Shown: piece by piece, positions 53,201-64,000 of the stretch
How positions within the stretch are numbered: position 1 is the first letter of the stretch
Layout of the letters: each line of letters begins with the position of its first letter
Assembly: GCA_965285935.1 (NCBI GenBank)
Contig: OZ260667.1
Coordinates: forward strand, 37,014,001 to 37,078,000
DNA from: Ophelia neglecta
Lineage: Eukaryota
DNA: 64,000 bases
Direction of reading: 5' to 3'
Translations under genes and position numbers: made by a program
The notes under the pieces: model-generated
What the model was told of the DNA's origin: nothing
The model's input: only the letters and a program-made list of their open reading frames with translations
Database searches by the model: none

Positions 53201-54204
53201 AACTGTGGTTTTGTATGGTGAAAAGGACAGAAGGCCAGCCTGTCCATCCAATTGCCATCAGGACAGTGGGCCAGTCTGTCCATACAATTGCATCATCTGG
53301 CAAACAGGAGAGGTGGGGGGAGCCACGTGTGGTGTGGAATCCATTAGGCCAGACACCGTGGGAACTTGAAACGTAAGACACCAGGTAGAGAGGGCAATAT
53401 AGACTGGTACTGGTAGGCAAGGGGCTGACTACCGAGGTACAGAGGCCAGCATAGACTGGCATCAGCACTAGGCGCTGACTACCTGAGTCTAGATATAGGG
53501 ACATCAACTGACTACACAGAACTGAGTTAAATCAAACACACTCAGCTCAATTGTTCACACTGACTTAAACTCAACCCAAAACAACACCACCATTGTGCAC
53601 TTGGAAATTATTTTAAATCTATCAACTGATGGCCTTACCACTTGCAGATTGTTTGTGTCTTTTGGGACATTGCTCTGTATGGTCTGAGTCAAGCCCATTT
53701 GAGCTGTGAACAAAACTCGGAGCTGTGGGTATTAATGTGCATTGACATATGATTCTAAAGTGTGTATTAGATTAAATATATGTCTTATGAGACTCCTTAT
53801 TCATTAATGACATAGCCTTGAATGTAAGATCATTTTTTTTCATAAAAGAAATCATTTTGAAACTTAGAAAATGATCAAATGAAAATACTACCATGAAGAC
53901 AACTGACTGATATAACTGAACTTTAAAAAAAATGTTCTCATGCAAAATAAAACAACAGCATTTGGTCAGCATTTCCTGGCTCCATATTTATTCAAGAAGC
54001 AGTTTGCAAATACATGTAAAAAAAAAATCCAGACAATTGTTATCCTAGGATATAGGTATTATACCCTGCTTTCCTAACAAATATGCCATAGACTATGACA
54101 TTACATGAGTAATTAGGGACCAACCATTTGACACCAAAGGGAGTGGGCAGGGGCAATTTTAAAACAAAAAGTTTTCTTGACCTGAAAAATGAAGATTTTT
54201 TACC

Positions 54205-54275
54205 CCAAGAAATATAAACTAAATTTTCATTTCATTACCAAGAAATAGAAACTAAATTTTCATTTCATTTCCAAG
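54205..54275. repeat. 33-bp tandem duplication
   Basis: CCAAGAAATA(T/G)AAACTAAATTTTCATTTCATT(A/T) occurs twice, starting at 54205 and 54238. Confidence 0.9.
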
Positions 54276-56764
54276 TGCGACTTATGTTTTCATATTGCAG
54301 TCAACTTCTTAATGAAGCTAATGTGGCTAGCCCTTGCATACCTAGTAAAATGAAGTCATATGAATAGTTTTGAGATTTTTTTGTGTTGAACTCATTGACC
54401 TTCAACATATGTCAAGGTCACATGTTGTGAACAACAACCGTGCCCTAGAAAGTTAGAAGTGAATAGCAGCATTTGTTCAAAAGTTATCAAAATAACAATT
54501 CAAACAAGGTATGGGTATGTTCCTTCTGTAAAGCAGCCTAACTCAAAGGGGTCCTGTGGATAGTTACAATTTCAACTTCCATCAAGTTATCTGGCTTGTT
54601 TCCCTGGCTATAGCATTTAGGCCTACATACAGGAAGTCGACTAAGCTCTAGGAACAGATTTTCCAACCATTTCATCTCATAATTTAGTAGCCTAGAAAAA
54701 ATAGAAGTTCTACTTGCTGGGGAAAAAAAAAAATATTTATCAGGAAAGCATTATTTAATGATGTGAATTGAAATTTAGATTTATGTGGATATCGTTATTA
54801 GAAATCTACAACATTCTAACAATTTCATTGAAATAATGATAAATCTAATATGCCACCTGAGTCTGAGGGTTTGCCAACATTAATATTTATTTTCACCTGA
54901 CAGCAGAAAATCCATCAAATAGTGATTTTAATAAGATTGGTTAGTCTGGACACCTGGAAGATAGACCAACAGAGATATGATGAAGATTCACATTTTGAGA
55001 GTGGTGATGGGTCTAAATGTACAATATGCCATCAACATCACATAATTTACACACCAGGACATATAAGTTCATCATCCAGCTGATAATTAGACAAATATGT
55101 CTAAAACCCAAGTTTCTGTGAAAAGCATTATGTCACTAATATATAAAACTGTATACCGATTCACTGTTTATTTCTAAGGTGCTTAGTGACTGATTCATAA
55201 TTCTCCTTCCCAGAGGCAAACCCTTGTAGAATTAGCCTGCAGTGTCTTTTAGATGTCTAGCTCTATAAACAGAGGGAGGGGCAGGTTGACTTGTTACCAG
55301 GATGTCTAATTAGGTGGTTTCCAACCAATACACTAGAGATTGGGCTGTCTGAACTACCTGGATATCATAGTACAGACCCTTTTCAGGATGTCCCTGGGTG
55401 GAATCACATCTAAAAGTCTTACCTCAGTCAATGTCCATACAGTATATATATATAGTGAGGTTATACAGAGCACTACACAGAAACTCTGTTCTGGTGAACA
55501 TGTGACGGTCCCCAAGTTTCACCCTGGGGTGTCAAAATGAGATTACCCTGCTTAGGATGGCAATGTGGGACATATATTCATGCTGCTGAAGATAATAGTT
55601 TTACCTTCTGAAACAAACAAGTTTCTTCAAGTACCCCTGTCAAATAATTTAAAAAATATGTAATAAAACAATTATTTCTCTCTTGAGGAGATGCCTGAAA
55701 AAGTTCCAGGAAGCTCCATTACAAATATGTTGTTCTTCCAAGTAATACATGGTCCATTAACCATATAAAATAGTTGGTCATTTAACATAAAAACAACTTG
55801 GTATACAGTAGCTACAAAGTGTAGCCAGAAAGGAATGCATGGTTTTTAGGGAGAAGTGGGTAGGATGAAAGCTTTTGGAATGAAATAATTTATTTGTATA
55901 TTGTGTGTCCTGGCAAATATAAAGCGGCTCTAATTTGGGAGATCAAAGCAAAAGTTGACAGAGATAATTGGAGGTAGAAGTTGGTTTACTGCATGGTTAT
56001 ATAGAGAGTTTGTGCTGCCATATGGCATACATGTGGCTGTCAGGAGACAGGCCAGGCCCTCAGAACTGCCACCCCCATCACAATCCTTAATCACACGTCA
56101 GATATACTTCTGTCCATCATCCACATGACAGACCTGATAAATTTCAGGGCCAGCCCAAAAGCCAACATTCTGAACAACTCATACTATTTGTAAGACTGCT
56201 TACTAGTGAGTGTACCTACTGAGACACAGACACCTGGACATGGGAAATGTAAAAAAAAATAAGTTAAGTACACATTAGAAAACACTCATTTCTCACAAAG
56301 CTGTGAAGTCCGTTCATCTATTTGTTATGTCCCGACAGCATGGCAGGAGTATGTTGAGGCAGTCACAAATAGAAATTACAGCATGATGATATTTTTAAAG
56401 TAGTTGGGCAGGTGAACCAGAAGTGCTATTGTGTTGTTAAACTGTTATGTGAAGTGATAGTCTGACCACTCAGACTGACCGCTTAAATGTCAGTGGTGCC
56501 TTTCAGAACGCAAAAGAATTAAGGCTGGATATCCAAGAATTGTTTTATCAGTCCCATAGCCTTCTTCAATGCTTCAGTACTAATTAGCACTATAATCTCA
56601 CATGCTTTAAAACCTCAGCAAATTAGGCCTGAAATAATCAAATGAAGTAATTCAACTAAAATATGTCAGGCAAGAAAATAATGTAAGGGCAACTTTATGA
56701 TGCCTTATGAAGAGTTAAGTTCATATTTCAGTTCCCAGCAGCCCTTGTTACCAATTTTACAATT

Positions 56765-57500
56765 TCACTGACTGGGACCAAACCCAGGGCCTTGGGAGAG
56801 ACAGAAAACTGAACAACTGGGCTATTTGAATCAGAACTCATGATATAGAGAGTGATAAACAAATGGGATACTGGGCTCAGCTTATGCCAGAACCCTGATC
56901 TGGGGGTAGGTACTCAGATGAGCAGCTGGGCTAGTTAAATCAGGATACAAGACTTGGGTGGGGTGTGATACAATATGAGCGACTAGGTTCAGCATATGTC
57001 AGAACTGTTGACTTTGGGACGAGTACTAAACTGAGCAACAGGACTGAGTTAGTCAGAACCCATGACCTTGGGATACTAAACTGAGCAGCAGGGCTCGGTT
57101 AAAGTCAGAACCCATGACCTTGGGATACTCAACTGAGCAGCAGGGCTCGGTTAAAGTCAGAACCCATGACCTTGGGATACTCAACTGAGCAGCAGGGCTC
57201 AGTTAAAGTCAGAACCCATGACCTTGGGATACTAAACTGAGCAGCAGGGCTCGGTTAAAGTCAGAACCCATGACCTTGGGATACTCAACTGAGCAGCAGG
57301 GCTCAGTTAAAGTCAGAACCCATGACCTTGGGATACTCAACTTAGCAACTGGGTTTAGTTAAAGTCAGAAACCAAGACCATTGGAGAGTTACTCAACTGC
57401 TCAGTTTAAGTCAGATCCCTTGAATTGAGGAGAAATACTCAAATTGGCAACTGGACTCAGTTATTACTCTGATGAGCAGCTGGGTTCAGTTAAAGTCTGA
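56765..57500 (-). repeat. 52-bp tandem array: about 6 near-identical central copies (57051-57360) with degenerate flanking copies
   Basis: Plus-strand unit AGTCAGAACCCATGACCTTGGGATACT(A/C)AACTGAGCAGCAGGGCTC(G/A)GTTAA, starting at 57051, 57103 and onward. Confidence 0.95.
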
Positions 57501-60500
57501 TTGATTCACTACCCCTAGAGCCATCAGACTTCATACAAACATAAAAGTGTGTCATTTCCACATCACCCTCTAAGATGGGGCATGCCTTTAGGAACACCAA
57601 AAAATTCTCTTATACATACATATATCGAGGGTTGACAGGATTCTGCTAACCCTAAATAACAATATTCTCTCATTTTCCAGGTGGTTTTGCTATCTGTGCT
57701 AAAGAAATTACCAGCTGAGCATTAATCAAGACATCACCTCTGATAATAAAACATTTTTGTGGTATATGAGAGAAACATTTGTGCTCATAAAAATGGCCTG
57801 TTAATTTAATGTATGACTGCACAATGTTTATATATAAACACATGTGCATTTGTATCATTGGTAAAAAAAGAAGAAATCTTTGTGAAATTCATTCATGGAA
57901 ACCACACAATAAGAATTTTGAACATGGGTTTCTGGTTTTCATTTAATTTTCATTAGCTTCAATTGTAAGTAAGATGTACATAAACTACCTTAAATTATGT
58001 AGGGGCTTGGCTTTGCTTTTTCTTCTTCAAATCATGAATTTCCTTCGGATATAGTACAATGTGATTACATTTATGTATTGAAATCCTAAATATACATGGC
58101 TGTAGGTGGATCTCTCCAAGGGATTACAATAAATATGGGCAGTATACTGATCATTATATTGATAGTAAACTGATATTACCTATGGGACACTCGAGCTCTT
58201 GAAAACAGTGCTTAAATTCATAGCACAAGTAAACATTTTATATTTGTAAGTGGGCTTCATTGGGAAAGAACACTTTTTGAATTGTGAGTTACCTCTCGGA
58301 AAATTAATTTTAAATAGCCTTATTGCTTTAATAGACCTTTTTGTGCTTGTGCATGGTTGATGGGCAATGAATTTTGAAGCTCATCTTTATACCAATAACA
58401 TATAATATGATTGAAGAACCATTCTTAGCAATTGCAAAGGCACAATGGGAATAGATGATGTTTGTTATTTATTACAAAAAGGCCCAAACGCTTTAATCAA
58501 TTCAGTATCTATAATAAAACATACATCACTTTACCTAAACAAAAAATATTCCCACTATATTATGTAGTGTTTGACACTATTCTGCAAGAAGGATTAATAA
58601 AACATTAACGGTTGTCCTTTTCAGATGCTTCAGCTTGTGTATTGCCCTACATATTGTTTACAATCCTAGGGTGCCTGTACGTATTCCACTAAGATCAAGC
58701 TCCTGAAAGCTCCATGTTTCACTTCGTGTCAATTGTATTTGAACACATCCCCCAATGCTTATAGATATACAGATTGATATTATCTATAACAACAGCTTGA
58801 ATAAGCATGATTATCATATATACAAGTGTATCCAGACTTCTCAAATAATTTATACATTATGATATGGAGGTACCGGTATGTTTACCCATAATTTGTGTAC
58901 ACAAAGGGGTGATGCACAACATATTGTACATAATTACATATAATTGGTTACCACAGAAAAATCAAAGAGTAACTGGTTTGAAAATGCAGGAGGGAATCAG
59001 TTTTGATTTATAGGCTTAAGTGCAGGAAACGCTTCCTTCTCAGAGCCAAATGGAATATGCGCAATATACTAAGCAATATACTGAAACAGACCGATAGAAC
59101 CTAAGAAGCCAAGTACAGGAACATATATAGTGTAGCTCTGTAGTGTCCAAATATCAATTTATCTGCAGGGCCGTTGATAACAGCAATGCAAAAAATAAAT
59201 GGTAACAATTATAGTACATTTAGATTAACAAGTAATCTGTAGAATGGTAATAAACTGCAAGGACCACCTGGAAACAAAACTGTATTGTGTCATGTGCATT
59301 GTTTTTAGCCTGATTGAGGAATTCCTGTGTGGGAACTCCTCTGTATGATGATGTATAGGGCAGCTTCCCAAATTTAAGGGAGATTTGTAGCCGGTTGGCT
59401 CTCTTAAATCCTGCCGTCTGCCCTGTGTCTTGATCTGAAGCCACTGGGGAGGGCTGGCAGCCGTTGGCTGCTCTCGGCCCACATATCACCCCCATGCCAC
59501 TTCTTTATGGTTCGACCACCAGCCGAACAAACAGCACCAACAATTCTCTCCTCCACTTATGTCCATCAAGGCTGCATAAGGATGTCAAAGTCCCTTTCAT
59601 GGTTTCATGTAGGCACAAAATAACATACAATCAAACATCTTACTTTTAAGCCAAAAATACTCAAGACATAAAAGCGAAAAGACAAAGAACAACCTTCCAC
59701 AACATGACTATTGGTGATGATTTTTAGTATTCTCTACATTATAAAGCTATCAGGTCACTATTCACAACAAGGCATCAAGCTGCCATCAATCTTTTTGTCT
59801 AACAAAACTGGCAAGACACCTTGAACTTGTATTATCAATATATTGAAACCTCCAACTCACAGTAAGTCTCCTACATTGAGATGGGACTATACATCGAAAA
59901 ATGGAAAACATATGGTTGTCACTTTTTGTTAGAAGACCGTAGTTCATTAATTATGGTTGAATACAGAGAGAAATCATATCAATCAAACTGGAAAGTCTAT
60001 GGTTTGTGGAGTGAGGTAGCATGTGGTCCCCCTGGGAAAGCCACCACCTGAACACAGTACCTACACAGACAATATTTCTTGTTCCAACAGAGATGTTTTT
60101 ATGAGGCACAACCCTTCAGGCACCATTAACTCTACTAATACATATTCACCATTGTAGACGGTATGTATAAACACAGCTCCCACATCTAATTTCACTTCTT
60201 TTTTTGACTAAGTTCAAGCCGCCATCTTTGAAGCTAAAAATGAACTCTCATCAATAAGCTGGGATTGTTTCACTTATGGCTGAATTCCAGAAAGTGGAAG
60301 AGATAAAAAATGAAATGGATGATTTCACCCCATTCAACTCTCTGTATGTTTCAAACAAAGCTAATTTTTAGACAATACAAGTCAAATAGATTAAATACAA
60401 GATAATTAAATATTAATGCCTGTGCACATGTACATGTTTATGCATTGTACCTGTACATATTTATGTATCTTTCAAGCACATTTATAATTTAGTAAAGTAA

Positions 60501-63500
60501 AACTGCCAGTCTTGTTATGACACTATCAGTTTTGTAAAAGGTAATATAATATTATTCATATAACAGTCTGGAGGATCAATCGATACATAAAACTCCAAGA
60601 AACAAATAAATCAGGACTGTGATGACAGAGTTAACTGACAGGCACTTATTGTAGACATTTAATTATCGATGATTTTAGACTTGGCGGCTTCTAGGTTAAT
60701 TCCACATGCATTTCATGGCTGTTTCTGCGCCTCTATACAAGTACAGGTTATTGTAGTTATTGCAGGTCAGTAAATCTTGGTCAAACATGAGCAGAAAAGA
60801 TTCCTAAGTAAGCCATTAGAATACTAGTTTACTGAACAAAAACCTTGATGCATTGCAGCCAGATTTTTACATGCCATCTTGATTACAAAGATTCATTACA
60901 TAGTTTCCACACAAACTACTAAGAGCAACTAACGACTTCTCATTGTACTTGTATTTCAGAGAAGACAGGGTACTTAGTCCCAGGATGCATCAGGTTGTAC
61001 TGGGATACAATAATAAACCTATAGTAACTCCTCTTGTATCTATATTCTGGACCAGTATGACCTGATCAACTGATAAGCTGACTTTAAACCTGGCAGAGCG
61101 TAGAGGTTTCTAGACTGCCCAACTCTGGCTCTCACATTTCAAATACAAAACAAAGTTCCTTCAACAAGAGAGTTTGTGAAAAACAGCGGCACCGAAGAGA
61201 CAACTATCTAAACAAACTTGATCTTTGCACAAAATATCAGGATGTGTAAAGAGGTCTTTAACCCTCTAGAAATTTAAAAAACAATAGCTCTTGCTTCCAA
61301 GAGTCAACAGTGTAAAGCTAAATATACAGTTTGTCAGATGAAGCAAACATTCGGCGGCATCATGCATGAAGTTTGGTTCTCAGCCCTAGTAAGATGATAG
61401 CTAAGCTGGAGAGATCGATACTCAAATCAGGACCCAGAATATTTAACAAACACCTGGATTTTTGTGCCATTAGCACAATCATCTCATCATAAAAACATAA
61501 ATACTGCCTTTGTGCATAATGCATCTGTGCTTACAGAGCAAATGTATTTCATATACACAAACCGTAGTTAGTAATGTTTCATGCTACTAGGGGAAATCTT
61601 TGTTTGAAATCCTGAAAGAGGCACTAGATAGCATGATAAAGAGATATTTGATTATAAAAAAGGTGTGAAAACCTATGTCAGATCTTAGCTCTCCCTATGA
61701 TCAGTCTAACGATTGATCATGCAGCAGAATTTCCTGAAAGCACTTTCAAAGCGAGAATTGAGGGAAGTACAAGACCAGTGATCCACGCTGCTTAATGCAT
61801 TGTCATGTCAGCCACTCTCAGGGTCTTAACTGTCACAGGTGTGATCAGGCTCTGTAAAATACCCCATATGAATGGAAGGCAATCAGTGCTGCTCAAATAA
61901 CTCAGCAAACAAGGCGAAATTATTAGGATATTATTTAGTAATGCTGAATTTTTAGCCCCATTGAAATTTGAATTCAAGGCCAAAGATGGAGGTTTTTGGG
62001 TTGGGGGTGATTTTCTCCAGATTAATAATATCTAAAGAGGATTCCAGCAGGAGTGAAATGGAAACTGGAATCTCTCCGTCAGGTAGCTGAGACGAACATC
62101 AAAGACAAGGATGCATTTCTTCTGCTGCAAACCAAGATAACATTGATTCGCCGGTATTATAATTGCATGAATGTGGTGGGATGTCATCTGCTTCAGCTAG
62201 CATGAAAGGCAAAGTGAGAGCAGCACAGGGTAGGTGGGTTACCTGGAGCAGCTTGACTCCTGTCTGGGAGCACCTACACCTCACAAGACAACCCCCAAGG
62301 TGGCAAACCCCCTAGTGGTGTCATAGGGGCTGACACACACAACACAGGCACAGTCAATATTGGTAAAAATCTACACACAAAACAAGGCTTTCCTCGGTTA
62401 TGGCATTTTTGCCACTTGTAAAATTGGCTCGTCAGCTTAACACAGTAGGCAACGTGTAGACAATTGTCATGTTCAAGCTCTCAGAGATAGTTAAACAGCT
62501 AACGCCAGACATTGTCTAATGAGCTTCCAGCAAAAGAAAATATTAAGTCCTCCAAAATCCCTGGGAAGGAATCCAGGAACCTGAGGAGGCACTCTTATAA
62601 ATCTCTACAAACAACCACAAGACATGTAAGAGAATAATGCTACCATCTTTACTTGTGTAGGCCAAGAATGAACACTATGACTAATAGAATGCCATTTAAT
62701 GGCATCTTAACAATAGAAACCATGATATAGGGGGCCTGTTAAAGCTTTACTGATGCCAGGCACTCACTCTCCTGGCTTGGTATCAAAGGGAAATCTCTGA
62801 TTAAGAGCCTGTTTCATAGAAATAGGTAGGCAGGAATGTAGCTGCTTGTCTGAGAAAACTTTATAGAATTCAAATAGGCGTCATTATCAACTCCACTTTT
62901 ATCAGTTTCAATAAGATTATACATTCCTCCAGTGTTACAAACAGGCAAAGATTGAAAATACTCTGTCAACATCCAGTCTCCTTGATGGCTGAGAAAAACC
63001 AGTTCTGGCACAGAAAGGCCAAATGATTAATGGTTCAAATCAATGTAAGGTAAGATTACCTCCCAAAATAAACAACAATAGGCATAGTACACCCATCAGC
63101 AATGAAACCTAGAAGCCGTACTAGCTGATGACCCCGAGAGCTGGGCCTATCAAGATCTGATAGATGACGGAGAGTGCAATAATGGTGCTATCAACAAACC
63201 ACGGCTATATACTGTATGTAAATACATTCTGTGTGTAGAGAGTGGAAAAATAGATGTTATTATGCTATTTGTGATCCAAGTCTTGTGCCAAGCTCCTGTT
63301 TATTTCTGATTCTGTCCGACTCTCAGCCGGGCCTCTGCGCCAGGCCTCTCAGCAGGCCCTGATTACCTTTAAATGACTGATCTATAATAACACAGGAAGA
63401 GACTGCATCAAAGCTAGTAGTACTACTTAATGGTGCCAGAGAAATAAAAGCTTTTGTATATCTGAGCCTTTGTGCGGCAATTGCTGAGCAATGACCATTG

Positions 63501-64000
63501 GTCACTGTTTGTTAAGGACAGAACTGAGCACAACAAAGGAAACAAAGGAGACTGACCAGACCAACCAACAATCTGTGTCCTTGTAAGGTGGACAAGAAAG
63601 GTAAGAAATAAAACAGGCATGGTAACTACTCTCAGCCAATGTCAAAGAGACTGGCGCCTGACACTCTGATAGGAGAATGTATCCCGATAACCATTAATAA
63701 ATACACCACTGTCACACAATTTTTTTATCAATTCTATTTTTGATTTGGTAAAGTCCTAAGAGGGCAATGTCCGGTAGCTTGTCTAACAATCTATCAATAA
63801 CAATGAGATACGTCTACTTCTTCATAACAACGTCTGGTATGCAGAATTCAGAAATTGAATACAAGATATACAAAACATGGTGCACACCAATATTATAAAT
63901 ATAGATACAATGTAAAAACAAGCAGGCCTAGAGCTTGGGAGAATGTGAAGAAATCAGGCATAACATTTGTTTTTTTGGGGGAAGGCACAGCTTATCTGTT

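Noticed and set aside
55605-55607. 3-nt microexon AAG (ttgtttgtttcag|AAG|gtaaaa, minus strand)
   Set aside because: No host gene is visible and the donor is mediocre; cannot be supported without reads.
35370-57500. Tandem arrays as CRISPR arrays
   Set aside because: Units are head-to-tail with no unique spacers, the context is eukaryotic, and there are no cas genes.
1-64000. Conserved bilaterian miRNAs, intact tRNAs, rRNA, snRNA
   Set aside because: Only seed-length matches were seen (e.g. TGAGGTAG near 60013, TATTGCAC near 42206), without mature sequence or hairpin. A by-eye scan is not exhaustive; Infernal/Rfam would be decisive.

Overview
Eukaryotic (animal, most likely invertebrate) genomic DNA at roughly 38-40% GC. 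The only protein-coding gene I can support is a Musashi-family RNA-binding protein on the minus strand. Six GT-AG exons between 28623/28617 and 16081 splice in frame to (MK)[138 protein letters not shown], which is RRM1, the linker and the start of RRM2. Intron 5 is 10.4 kb. Intron 6 is over 16 kb and runs off the left edge. A CpG-rich, motif-dense promoter lies at about 28.6-29.4 kb. The 29-50 kb interval keeps its CpGs and holds three tandem arrays (39, 36 and 106 bp units), MITEs, LINE remnants and a 62-bp palindrome. From about 50.3 kb to the end CpG is strongly depleted again, and there is a 52-bp array that looks tRNA/SINE-derived. Almost all ORFs in the supplied track are spurious. I found no clear new multi-gene system. 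The best leads are regulatory: a UAG cluster in the msi 5' leader, an in-frame 30-nt recursive-splice-type exon candidate in the RRM linker intron, the tRNA-head minisatellite, and CTCF-like sites near the methylation-domain borders.
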